Below, in pieces: positions 1 through 9,129 of a stretch of 64,000 nt of DNA. Location of the stretch: the IMG/VR virus record IMGVR_UViG_3300028797_000106. One strand, given 5' to 3'. A program made the position numbers and the translations under genes. The stretch is from a virus (Duplodnaviria > Heunggongvirae > Uroviricota > Caudoviricetes). The notes below the pieces were generated by a model. The model was not told the origin of the DNA, made no database searches, and saw only the letters and a program-made list of their open reading frames with translations. The number at the start of each line of letters is the position of its first letter. Within the stretch, counting starts at the first letter, position 1.

Positions 1-152
1 TGTGTAAGTATTCACAATCAATGAATTCTGACCCAGATTTTCTCAGGTATTTCATCAAGACAATGTTTGGTGAGACTGAGGATCTCGAGGGTCTTTCCGT
101 TGAACAACTTAAAGACTTTATCAAAGAAAAGTATGCCATAAGGGAGGCAAGA
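1..152 (+). CDS. 3' end of upstream hypothetical protein (partial, open to window edge)
   Basis: Open frame from window start to TGA at 150-152, overlapping the ATG of the next gene (ATGA). Confidence 0.3.
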
Positions 153-1234
153 TGATTTACTACTACGGCGGAGCTTTTGACCCGTTCACAAATGCACATC
201 GTCAAATCGTCAAATGTTTGATGAACCGTAAGGGCGAAGATGACATTGTAGTCATCGGAGTCACGGAAAACGATGAGAAGGAATTTAAGGTCAGTCAACA
301 CAACAGAATGAGCCTTGTGCGCCGATCGTTGGACGAAGAATGGTTCAAGAACGGACTTTCCGTCATGCCTCAGAATGAACGGACTTGGCGCCATTTGCAG
401 ACAAATTTCCCCAGAGACGCGGAAATAACTCTGGTTATGGGCGAGGATGAATTTCAGGCGCTCGTAGAGGGTAAGTGGGTGCATTCCGATAAGTTGATAC
501 GGGATTACCAATTTAAGGTCTTCAGCCGCCCAAAAACAGGGGTTCCAAGCATCTTGAAAAACCCGAATTATGCGCATATCAAATATCAGGTGCATGAGTT
601 TACGGACGCAAAATATGAAGGAATTTCGAGCACTAATGTTCGAGACATCTTCTACAGAAATCCTGCGACCACTTACAAGGAAGTTCAGAATTACATAACG
701 ATTGGAGCTTTCAAGTGCATCAAGGACCGCGGACTTTATTGGCAGAACGGTGAAGAATATGCTAAGGAAGAAGCGGAATTCTTGAAGGAATATGCGAAAA
801 AGAAGGTGGAAAACAACTGGGGAGAACCGTCGGTCACAACCGATACGATTGCCTACAACGGCGATAAGATTCTTCTCATCCGTCGTCTGAAACCTCCTTA
901 CAAAAATTATTGGGCTCTCCCCGGAGGATTCTTCGAGAAGACCGACGAGGACCTAGATGCTGGTGCAGCAAGAGAATTGCTGGAAGAAACTAGCATGCGT
1001 CTTGATGCTCGCAAGTTCCATCAAGTTAAGACTTACGGACACAACTTTGACCCTCGCATGAAGATCGTTGATGTTGCGTTCTCGGTAAGAGTCCCACATT
1101 CGGAAATGAAACGAGCGAAGGCCGATGATGATGCTGCTGCGCTGCATTGGTTCAACCTTGACGATTTACCTAATCTTGCATTCCATCACGCAAGAATTAT
1201 TGCCGATTGGCAAGCACAAAGAAACGAGGAATAA
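152..1234 (+). CDS. Bifunctional NMN adenylyltransferase / Nudix hydrolase (NatV/NadM-Nudix-like)
   Basis: N-terminal GGAFDPFTNAH nucleotidyltransferase HxGH-type motif. C-terminal Nudix box GGFFEKTDEDLDAGAARELLEETS. Confidence 0.75.
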   Translation: MIYYYGGAFDPFTNAHRQIVKCLMNRKGEDDIVVIGVTENDEKEFKVSQHNRMSLVRRSLDEEWFKNGLSVMPQNERTWRHLQTNFPRDAEITLVMGEDEFQALVEGKWVHSDKLIRDYQFKVFSRPKTGVPSILKNPNYAHIKYQVHEFTDAKYEGISSTNVRDIFYRNPATTYKEVQNYITIGAFKCIKDRGLYWQNGEEYAKEEAEFLKEYAKKKVENNWGEPSVTTDTIAYNGDKILLIRRLKPPYKNYWALPGGFFEKTDEDLDAGAARELLEETSMRLDARKFHQVKTYGHNFDPRMKIVDVAFSVRVPHSEMKRAKADDDAAALHWFNLDDLPNLAFHHARIIADWQAQRNEE

Positions 1235-1280
1235 ACTTCCTCGTTTTTCTGTTTTATCCATTTACATTCAACCCAAAAAT

Positions 1281-1310
1281 TGTTAAATTTATAACATAAT
1301 CAAAACGGAG
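1281..1310 (+). promoter_or_regulatory. Conserved upstream motif TTAAATTTataaCATAATCAAA; first copy
   Basis: Same 22-nt box as at 4937-4966, upstream of the nicotinamidase gene. Confidence 0.4.
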
Positions 1311-1317
1311 ATTCCCA

Positions 1318-1908
1318 ATGAGCAAAAAGCTACTTATTCTGATTGACTGCCAAAACGACTTTATCACCGGCAGCCTCCACAATTCTCGCGCCGAAGCAAA
1401 GGTACCTAACATCGTAAAGAAGGTTCAGGAATGGGACGGCGAAATCATCGCTACACATGACACTCACTTCACTAAGCTTCAGGTGGAATCTAACTGGCCG
1501 CCTGCAGAAGGTAAGGCTTATGAAGACACAATGGAAGGTCAAAAGCTGCCTGTGCCGCACTGCATCAAGTTAGAAGAAGGCTGGGAAATTCAAAAGGACA
1601 TTCTTGCCGCATGTAAAGCAAAGAACGGTGACGGTCCGACGAAGTTCTTCTGCATTGACAAGTATACCTTTGGCTGGGACGGCTGGAAGGAATACCTCAA
1701 GCAGTTTGATTTTGACGAAGTGGAAATCTGTGGCTTTGTCGCTGGCATCTGCGTGGATTCCAATGCAACCATTCTTCGTGCTTTGTTCCCGAACATGCCT
1801 ATTACCGTGGACGCTGCTTGCACTGCCGGCTTTGCTCCCGAAGACGAAAAGGCTGCTTACACCTGCATGAAGATGAAGCAGATTGATGTGATTAACGAGG
1901 ATGTATAA
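1318..1908 (+). CDS. Isochorismatase-family nicotinamidase (PncA-like)
   Basis: LILIDCQNDF N-terminal motif and catalytic Cys in ICGFVAGICVDS. Sits between the NMNAT and NadE genes. Confidence 0.65.
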   Translation: MSKKLLILIDCQNDFITGSLHNSRAEAKVPNIVKKVQEWDGEIIATHDTHFTKLQVESNWPPAEGKAYEDTMEGQKLPVPHCIKLEEGWEIQKDILAACKAKNGDGPTKFFCIDKYTFGWDGWKEYLKQFDFDEVEICGFVAGICVDSNATILRALFPNMPITVDAACTAGFAPEDEKAAYTCMKMKQIDVINEDV

Positions 1909-2360
1909 TGAAACTCTACAACCCATTCAAACGGGTTGGAGTTCCTTACATCTACGAAGAACTTATTGAGATTGCTAATGAATACGGCCTCGTGAATGAC
2001 CATGTCGGTCCCGATAGATTGGACTTTTGCTTTCCAGAACATTGGGACAAAGACATCTTCAGACTGTGCATTTGGAAGAACGGTTCAACAGATCACACTG
2101 TCACTTTAATTCCTAAGAGGATTTACATTGCTAAGGACCTTAGCTTGAAGTGGAATGAATACGGCGACTTCTCATTAAGGACTGGAGATTATTGGGAACT
2201 CTCAAACGGAAAGAGAATGTTTCTTTGGGATTGGAATTTTTACAAGAAGCAACTCAAAGAGCGACTTGATAAGATTTCAAAAATCATAAGAGAAAACACA
2301 AAGCTCTCTAAGAAAATTGAACTTCATTTAGAAAGGTTTAAGAATGCTAGGTCTATTTAA
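1908..2360 (+). CDS. hypothetical protein
   Basis: 150 aa ORF; start overlaps previous stop (TAATG). Confidence 0.55.
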   Translation: MKLYNPFKRVGVPYIYEELIEIANEYGLVNDHVGPDRLDFCFPEHWDKDIFRLCIWKNGSTDHTVTLIPKRIYIAKDLSLKWNEYGDFSLRTGDYWELSNGKRMFLWDWNFYKKQLKERLDKISKIIRENTKLSKKIELHLERFKNARSI

Positions 2361-2859
2361 GACTGTCACAATAACAGATGCAGTTGGCGACTTGCTTGCG
2401 CTTGCGTCTGCATTGGGATGCGTGAAAGGACGCCTTCATAAATCTGGGCATGCGGAATATCGTGAAGAGAAATTCTACATAAATTTCGGCCAAGGCTTGA
2501 ATGGACAGAACTCCGATGATTATCTTTTCTCCATTGAGTTCAATGCGACGAACGCCGGAGTCACGGTTCCTAAGCGCATATCGGTGCCAGAAAAGGTTGC
2601 CATCCGTGAAAACGGAAAGGTGTGGGTTTATCATAAGTCTATCATGACCGATGGCTTGACAACCAAATACTTGAAGTTTTTCTGGGACAGGAAACTTAAA
2701 CATATCAGCAAGCTTGCCGACAAGGCACTTAAGCAACATGCTGAATTTCAGAAGGCCGCAAAGATTACTGCATTGAAACTTGAACAGTTCAGCGGCATAG
2801 AAACTATTAACTTAGAACAACAACCACCTGAGAAACCCCATCGTTTTTGGATGGAATAA
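2344..2859 (+). CDS. hypothetical protein
   Basis: 171 aa ORF in the co-directional gene array. Confidence 0.5.
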   Translation: MLGLFKTVTITDAVGDLLALASALGCVKGRLHKSGHAEYREEKFYINFGQGLNGQNSDDYLFSIEFNATNAGVTVPKRISVPEKVAIRENGKVWVYHKSIMTDGLTTKYLKFFWDRKLKHISKLADKALKQHAEFQKAAKITALKLEQFSGIETINLEQQPPEKPHRFWME

Positions 2860-2870
2860 GGAAAACAACA

Positions 2871-3320
2871 ATGTTTGAAAACTTCTTCAAGAAAATCACT
2901 TTCGCAGATGTTACGAAAGAACTCTATGACATTGTCAGAGAATATGACATGATAGAGACAGAAAACAAGGACAAGGACAGCGGTTCTTGTTCGCATGCTT
3001 ACACGCTCAACCCAGGTCAGACATACTGGTTCATCAACATCTTCACTAAGAAAAGTGAGATTGGTGAAGTGCCGTTTAAGATTGCTTACATTGAAGAAGG
3101 TTCTTGGCAGATCCCGAAGGATCAGCTGGAATTCGTTGCTCCCAGTGATAAGATTCACATGATGAGCTCGGACAACTTGCTTTCAACAATGCCTTTAAGA
3201 AAATGGAATAACATGAAGGAACATCTTCGTGCCTTGCTTTTGAGGGCAAGAAAAGAATACACATCCATCACAAAGTGTGTCAAAACAAATAACATTATTG
3301 CAGAAGCTGCAAGAGGGTAA
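2871..3320 (+). CDS. hypothetical protein
   Basis: ATG at 2871 preceded by aaggaaaacaaca; longer 2847 start would overlap the previous gene. Confidence 0.5.
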   Translation: MFENFFKKITFADVTKELYDIVREYDMIETENKDKDSGSCSHAYTLNPGQTYWFINIFTKKSEIGEVPFKIAYIEEGSWQIPKDQLEFVAPSDKIHMMSSDNLLSTMPLRKWNNMKEHLRALLLRARKEYTSITKCVKTNNIIAEAARG

Positions 3321-3322
3321 CT

Positions 3323-3775
3323 ATGTTCAAATCAGAAATCACTTTTGAAGAATTATGCTATGAAGTAGCAGGGCTCATTAAAGAATACGGTCTTGAACCT
3401 TTGAAAGGAGGCGACTGGGACAGGAATTCATCCCGTGTGTATTACGCTTTCCCAGAAAGACCGGGTATCTCGTCTGGCGCCCTCATTACTGTTGCTTACA
3501 GTGAAATTCTTAATGCAAGAGTGCCGACTTACATTGCTCTTGCCACAAGTTGTTCTTTTGGTTTGAACAACGGAAAGTTCAGCATTAACATTAACAACAG
3601 TAGAAGCTGGGACGGCGTCTACAATGAAAAAATGGATCTTAAGAAATGGAAAGAGAACAAGACCTGTCTTGTTTCCATTCTTGACAAAGTGAAAGACGAA
3701 ACCCAAAACGTTCAGAAGAAACTCAAGCAGTTCTCTCTAAAATTTGACCAAATGTTGGCAGATGTCAACGCATAA
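3323..3775 (+). CDS. hypothetical protein
   Basis: 150 aa ORF tightly packed after the previous gene. Confidence 0.5.
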   Translation: MFKSEITFEELCYEVAGLIKEYGLEPLKGGDWDRNSSRVYYAFPERPGISSGALITVAYSEILNARVPTYIALATSCSFGLNNGKFSININNSRSWDGVYNEKMDLKKWKENKTCLVSILDKVKDETQNVQKKLKQFSLKFDQMLADVNA

Positions 3776-3789
3776 CCCAAGAGGATATT

Positions 3790-4566
3790 ATGAATAAACT
3801 TACACAAGATTGCATCAATTGGGTCCGCGATTACTTCAAGGATCACAACCAAACAAAGGCTATCGTTGGTATCAGCGGTGGTAAGGATTCGTCGGTAGTT
3901 GCCGCTGTCTGCGTTGCTGCCCTCGGAAAGGAAAATGTTTTTGGCTTGCTTATGCCGAACGGTATTCAGGCTGACATCGCGGATTCGTACCGTGTTGTTG
4001 ACCACCTTGGCATTCAGCATGACCTCGTTGACATTGAAGTGCCGTTCAAGGAAATCGGTGCAGCAATTCCTGGGTTCTTTGACTCGGATGCAGCTCGCAC
4101 AAATCTCCCTGCTCGCTTGCGTATGTGCTGCTTGTATGCTTACGGACAAGCACACGGCATGATGGTTGCCAACACTTGTAATGCTTCGGAAGACGCCGTC
4201 GGATATGCTACCCTTTACGGTGACAGCGCCGGCAGCTTTGCGCCTGTCTCGAAGTTGACCACAGAAGAAATTATTGAAATGGGCAAGGACTTAGGTCTTC
4301 CACATGACCTTGTTGAAAAGACTCCGATTGACGGACTTCAGCCTCTCAGCGATGAACAGAAACTTGGCTTCACATATCACGAAGTCAATGAGCTCATTCG
4401 TAAGGGCGTCCGCGGCGAGAACTTTGACAAGATTCAGGCGATGTATCTCGCTAACAAGTTCAAGACTGACATCATTCAGATCCCTGCTTTTGACCCAGGT
4501 CTGCCTAATACACTAACCGGCGAGCATGCCTTCAGCGATGATGAAGACATTGCCTGCACAGACTAA
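3790..4566 (+). CDS. nadE: NH3-dependent NAD+ synthetase
   Basis: PP-loop ATP pyrophosphatase motif GISGGKDSSVVAAV; length and layout typical of NadE. Confidence 0.8.
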   Translation: MNKLTQDCINWVRDYFKDHNQTKAIVGISGGKDSSVVAAVCVAALGKENVFGLLMPNGIQADIADSYRVVDHLGIQHDLVDIEVPFKEIGAAIPGFFDSDAARTNLPARLRMCCLYAYGQAHGMMVANTCNASEDAVGYATLYGDSAGSFAPVSKLTTEEIIEMGKDLGLPHDLVEKTPIDGLQPLSDEQKLGFTYHEVNELIRKGVRGENFDKIQAMYLANKFKTDIIQIPAFDPGLPNTLTGEHAFSDDEDIACTD

Positions 4567-4577
4567 TAGGTAATGAC

Positions 4578-4886
4578 ATGAATACAAAGTTCAGGCAACT
4601 AACAGACGCAGTAAACGATCTTCGCTTGGGAGACATCGGATATGGCGACGAAAAGACATGGGACGAATCCCCATGTGGTCGCTACTTAAAGATGCAACTT
4701 CAGTTAGACATTGATGAAGGGAACTACCAAGAATACTCTATCATACGTCTTGACGATGTGATAGACGGTGCGGAGTTCAACTTTGAGATAACTGAAGGTC
4801 GTGAACTCACACAAGAGGAACGCGATGTATGGTATGACTGGGCTTTGTCTTGTCCTGTCAAAGCCTTCAAGCTGGAAAGAGAATAG
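4578..4886 (+). CDS. hypothetical protein
   Basis: 102 aa ORF. Confidence 0.45.
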   Translation: MNTKFRQLTDAVNDLRLGDIGYGDEKTWDESPCGRYLKMQLQLDIDEGNYQEYSIIRLDDVIDGAEFNFEITEGRELTQEERDVWYDWALSCPVKAFKLERE

Positions 4887-4936
4887 AAACCTCACGGATT
4901 TTATTTTGTTTTCAACTATTGCCAGTTCGGCAAAAA

Positions 4937-4966
4937 GTTATTAAATTTTAATCATAATCAAACAAC
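4937..4966 (+). promoter_or_regulatory. Conserved upstream motif TTAAATTTtaatCATAATCAAA; second copy of the box at 1281-1310
   Basis: Near-identical 22-nt sequence sits 30-60 nt upstream of the start codons at 1318 and 4999. Confidence 0.4.
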
Positions 4967-4998
4967 ACAACAGCCAAATAACCGAATAAGGAAAAACT

Positions 4999-6207
4999 AT
5001 GGCCTCTTCTGACAACAAATATACTTTTGACGGCGATGAACTTGGTATCGTCCCGTTGTCCACTCAAATTTCTGAACAGGTGCCGGCAGGTACTTACACC
5101 TTCTCATTCAACCAGATGACTGGCTTGCATGTGAACAAGTGTGAAGATGTTCCTGCTGTGCCACACAAGGTCTACGGCGACCAGACAAAGCGTGTAGAGA
5201 AGGTCTACCGCGCATTTGACCGCCGCACCCGCAACACAGGCGTCCTTCTTTCCGGTGAACCCGGTATGGGTAAGTCGCTGTTCATCCGTATGATGGCGGC
5301 GGAAGCTAAGAAGCGCGGACTTCCGGTCTTTGTGGTTTCGCAGAATTGCCCAGGCCTCATCGCTTGGCTGAAGCGTTGTCATACTGACTGTTTGGTCATT
5401 ATGGATGAATTTGAAAAGATCTTCGCTTGCGGAAACGACAATGATGGCGAAGGTCCAGCCCAGGAGCAGTTCCTTTCCTTGCTTGACGGTATGTGTGATA
5501 GCAAGAAACTGTTCGTGGCTGCTATTAACGATACATGGAAGTTGAACAAGTTCATGCTGAACCGCCCAGGTCGCTTCTTGTATCACTATCGCTTCGGTTG
5601 CTTGAACCAGCACGACATCGTCGCCTACTTGGAAGACGAACTTGCTGACAAGACCAAGCTTGACTACTTGTCTTCAATTCTTTTGGGACATCAGGTCAAC
5701 TACGACTCTCTGGCATGCATTGTGTCGGAAGTCAATGCTGGTGAAGATGTTGATGAAACTATGCAGGACCTCAACCTTGACGGTCACGAACAGAAGTCGT
5801 ATGACGCTTCCGTCACCATTGACGGCTTGCTTTACACAGGCAAGTTTGACATCGGCTTTGGCGCTGCAATTCAGTGCGTCACTCTCCAGTGGCGCCCGGG
5901 ATTCGGCGAAGCAGTTGGCGACAACTATGCTCGCTCTGTGGAAGTTCGCTTCAAGACCGAGGACATTCTCAGGGCATCTACTGACAAGTACTGCTCTTCT
6001 ATGAAGGTCCTCAAGGATAAGTTGGAACTTTCTCGCCACGGTAAGCCGAAGCAGGTTCGCCTGCACATGAGCTCTGACTCTGATAAGTTCGCTCCAGTTA
6101 ACATCTGGTCGGACCTCAAGTTGTCGGAACACTATGAATACTCTGGCAGCGGCTACTACGCCAAGGGCAAGGGTGTCGCTGCTGAAACCGACTACTGCGA
6201 CCTTTAA
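4999..6207 (+). CDS. AAA+ ATPase
   Basis: Walker A GEPGMGKS and Walker B CLVIMDEFEK; 402 aa. Confidence 0.7.
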   Translation: MASSDNKYTFDGDELGIVPLSTQISEQVPAGTYTFSFNQMTGLHVNKCEDVPAVPHKVYGDQTKRVEKVYRAFDRRTRNTGVLLSGEPGMGKSLFIRMMAAEAKKRGLPVFVVSQNCPGLIAWLKRCHTDCLVIMDEFEKIFACGNDNDGEGPAQEQFLSLLDGMCDSKKLFVAAINDTWKLNKFMLNRPGRFLYHYRFGCLNQHDIVAYLEDELADKTKLDYLSSILLGHQVNYDSLACIVSEVNAGEDVDETMQDLNLDGHEQKSYDASVTIDGLLYTGKFDIGFGAAIQCVTLQWRPGFGEAVGDNYARSVEVRFKTEDILRASTDKYCSSMKVLKDKLELSRHGKPKQVRLHMSSDSDKFAPVNIWSDLKLSEHYEYSGSGYYAKGKGVAAETDYCDL

Positions 6208-6477
6208 TCTAAGGATTTTCAAAGGGAAGGAAAAATATATAAAAAACAACGAAAAGATGGATACTGCAAACAACCACTTCTTAATGACACATGGGTACAT
6301 ACCATCGCCGCAAGGCCGCTCGACCGTATATTGCGTGAAATACGGCAAGCCGTTTGCCGGGTAGATACGGCTTCCATCTTGTGTTGCTTTTTGATTTTAC
6401 ATATTCTCTAAAGATTCATACAGCAAGGTATGATCTTTCGCACAAAGGAAAAAACGAATCTTGTAAGGAGAAACATT

Positions 6478-8019
6478 ATGATTAACTTCTATGATGAAGT
6501 GAAGAAGGTGCTCGACGATCGTCGTGCAATGACAGAAAACGGTGCCGTTGGTTATGCAACCACAGGAAAGGCACTTTTGGACATGAATTTCAAGGTCCCA
6601 TCTTACCGCAACGCATCGGAAGATGAAATTGTTTCAGATTTTATTAAGGCTTACGCCGAAGATCCTACATTAGCCATCAAGTGGATGTTCTATGTAGGCG
6701 ACATCCGTCAGGGATTGGGTGAACGCCGTTTGTTCCGTATCTTGATGAAGCATGTGATGGCTCAGAACCCTGGGTTCATCCGTTTCGTCGGCGAATATAA
6801 CCGCTTTGACTCACTCTTTGAACTCTTCGGAACAGAAGCTGAAGAAGAAATGGTCAACTTTGTGTTGAAGCAGTTGACTAAGGACATGATTGCGACACAC
6901 GAAAACAAGCCATGTTCTTTGTTGGCTAAGTGGATGCCAAGTATCAACACATCTTCAAAGAAGACCCGTGAATTGGCAAAGAAGTTCATCAAGGAAATGA
7001 ACATCTCAGACGGCGAATACCGTAAGATGTTGTCCAAGCTCCGTGCTAACATCGATGTCACAGAACGCAAGTTGTGTGCCGGTGAATGGGACAAGGTGAA
7101 CTACAACACAGTGCCTTCTAAGGCTAACCTCAAGTATAACAATGCCTTCTTGGCACACGATGAAGCACGCCGTCGTGAATTCTTGGGTAAGTTGGCAAAG
7201 GGCGACAAGGATGTAAAGATTAACGCAGGTGCGGTCTTCCCTCACGACATCGTGGTCAAGTACCGTGAACCTGGTTGGTCTAGCCACTTGAAGGACTTTG
7301 ACGGAACACTTGAAGCAATGTGGAAGGCTTTGCCTAACACACTTGGTGATAAGCCAATGATTGTGGTCCGTGACGGTTCTGGCTCCATGACTGTGACAGT
7401 GCAGCGTGGTGGACAAGTTCAGGCTTTGGATGTGGCTACTGCCCTCGCTATCTACTGTGCAGAAAGACTGCCAGCAGGTTTCAAGGACAAGTTCATCACA
7501 TTCTCTGAACAGCCAAAGTTGGTTAACCTTGCCAATGTGAACAGCCTGCGTGATAAGCTCCGTGTGGCATACAACGAAGCAGAATGTGCCAACACAAACA
7601 TTGAAGCGGTGTTTGATTTGATTCTTAAGACTGCAGTGCAGGGCGGCTTGAAGCAGAATGATATTCCGGACATCCTGATTATCTCCGACATGGAATTTGA
7701 CGGATGTGCTTGTGATAACTCACATGCTCGCGGCTCTTGGGGTCGTGGCCTCAGCCCAACTTTGTTCCAAGTAATTGGACAGAAGTATGCAGCTCATGGC
7801 TACAAGTTGCCTAAGATGATCTTCTGGAATGTGAACTCCAGAACAAACACAATTCCTGTAAAGGAAAATGACAAGGGCGTTGTCCTGATGTCAGGTTTCT
7901 CTCAGAATACTGTGAAGATGGCGATGAGCAACAAGCTTGACCCATATCAGGCTCTGAAGGAAACACTCAACGTCAACCGTTATGCCTTCGTTGAAGACGT
8001 AATGATGGCGGGTGAATAA
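6478..8019 (+). CDS. von Willebrand factor A (vWA/MIDAS) domain protein, Ro60/DUF2828-like
   Basis: MIDAS-like DGSGSMT motif in the C-terminal half. ATG at 6478 with aaggagaaacatt RBS. Lies directly downstream of the AAA+ ATPase. Confidence 0.6.
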   Translation: MINFYDEVKKVLDDRRAMTENGAVGYATTGKALLDMNFKVPSYRNASEDEIVSDFIKAYAEDPTLAIKWMFYVGDIRQGLGERRLFRILMKHVMAQNPGFIRFVGEYNRFDSLFELFGTEAEEEMVNFVLKQLTKDMIATHENKPCSLLAKWMPSINTSSKKTRELAKKFIKEMNISDGEYRKMLSKLRANIDVTERKLCAGEWDKVNYNTVPSKANLKYNNAFLAHDEARRREFLGKLAKGDKDVKINAGAVFPHDIVVKYREPGWSSHLKDFDGTLEAMWKALPNTLGDKPMIVVRDGSGSMTVTVQRGGQVQALDVATALAIYCAERLPAGFKDKFITFSEQPKLVNLANVNSLRDKLRVAYNEAECANTNIEAVFDLILKTAVQGGLKQNDIPDILIISDMEFDGCACDNSHARGSWGRGLSPTLFQVIGQKYAAHGYKLPKMIFWNVNSRTNTIPVKENDKGVVLMSGFSQNTVKMAMSNKLDPYQALKETLNVNRYAFVEDVMMAGE

Positions 8020-8026
8020 ATAAACA

Positions 8027-8062
8027 AACCGGGAGGGATGCTTCCCCTCCCGATTTACTTTT
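8027..8062 (+). terminator. Rho-independent terminator
   Basis: cgggaggg-loop-ccctcccg hairpin followed by atttactttttt. Confidence 0.6.
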
Positions 8063-8129
8063 TTACCGAATGGGAAAGAGGTTTCGTGATGAAGCGTTTG
8101 TGTTACGTTTGAACACAAAGGATGTAAAA

Positions 8130-8639
8130 ATGCAAAGACATGATGAAGATGAACAGCTATCATTTAGCGACATTGTAGACGATTTTCAGAAGGGCGCTGA
8201 ATTGCTTTTCGGCAAGAACCGCAAGGAACTTGCTAAGACAGCACAGGCAGCAGTTGAACTCTGCCAGTCCGCTTTGGACGCAGACGCCAATATCCCGTTG
8301 AATGTGTTCTTGAATGCTGATGGCTCTAAGACTTGGGAACTCGCTATCCCGGGTAAGACAAAGGAAAATGTGACTATCTCGCAGGGTACGAAAAACGGCC
8401 AGCGTGTTATCACAGTGGAAGTCAAGGCAACTGAATTGACAGATGAACAGAAGAAGGAACTTGAAGGACGCACACTGATCCTTCAGAAGATTAAGGGTAT
8501 GAACGGAATCAAGTTCTCCGCCTTCGTTCCGGCCATCTTTGATTTGGACAACCTGAAGGCTAAGGTTGAAAACGGTCTTTTGACTGTCACCGTGCCGAAG
8601 GTGCCTGAAGAACAGCCTCGCACATTCACGGTTGAATAA
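8130..8639 (+). CDS. Small heat shock protein (Hsp20/alpha-crystallin family)
   Basis: C-terminal AKVENGLLTVTVPK, classic Hsp20 signature. ATG at 8130 lies downstream of the terminator. Confidence 0.7.
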   Translation: MQRHDEDEQLSFSDIVDDFQKGAELLFGKNRKELAKTAQAAVELCQSALDADANIPLNVFLNADGSKTWELAIPGKTKENVTISQGTKNGQRVITVEVKATELTDEQKKELEGRTLILQKIKGMNGIKFSAFVPAIFDLDNLKAKVENGLLTVTVPKVPEEQPRTFTVE

Positions 8640-8664
8640 CTTGTTGTTGAAGAGGAAGAGGAGG

Positions 8665-8700
8665 GACGCGGTTAACCACACCGCGTCCTTTTTTACTTTG
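8665..8700 (+). terminator. Rho-independent terminator
   Basis: ggacgcggt-taaccaca-ccgcgtcc hairpin followed by a T tract. Confidence 0.6.
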
Positions 8701-8711
8701 CGGGAGGTTTC

Positions 8712-9119
8712 ATGGGTGAGATGATAAACAATGTGCTGCTTGATGATAGATACCTAGCCGAAGTTCAGGATTTAGGTTATATGTACATGCATGACATTGT
8801 TCCTTTATATGAATTGGTTAAGAAAGACTTCGTGATGACAAGCCATAACATGGCAGTTACCGCTACTCGGTATATGATTACGGAGATCATTGTCTTTTGT
8901 GATCCTGTTGCTCCAGAGACCGGCTACATAATGATTGAAGATACCTTTTGTAAAGGTACTATCATAAGATTTAGAGCGGGTAACCGCAAATCATTTTTAG
9001 AAGCAGTTGATGCACTGAAAACAATACGAGAACGAAACCGTGTAGAATACAAGAAGATGGTTGCTAAGCAACGCATTCTTGACGAACAGAGGATTGGTAA
9101 AGCTGAGCTAGGATTGTAA
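8712..9119 (+). CDS. hypothetical protein
   Basis: gggagg RBS before the ATG; 135 aa. Confidence 0.5.
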   Translation: MGEMINNVLLDDRYLAEVQDLGYMYMHDIVPLYELVKKDFVMTSHNMAVTATRYMITEIIVFCDPVAPETGYIMIEDTFCKGTIIRFRAGNRKSFLEAVDALKTIRERNRVEYKKMVAKQRILDEQRIGKAELGL

Positions 9120-9129
9120 ATAAATCACT

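Noticed and set aside
5674-6348. 224-aa minus-strand ORF, and similar antisense ORFs at 5104-5613, 7006-7416, 8160-8681, 11694-12272, 23121-23657, 52628-53284 and 62231-62689
   Set aside because: All lie fully inside strongly supported + strand genes (AAA ATPase, vWA, Hsp20, hydroxymethylase and others), lack RBS and have low-complexity translations. They are treated as spurious antisense frames.
6257-6364. Small ORF MDTANNHFLMTHGYIPSPQGRSTVYCVKYGKPFAG in the 6208-6477 gap
   Set aside because: No convincing RBS and no recognisable motif. The gap more likely holds regulatory sequence for the downstream vWA gene. Left unannotated.
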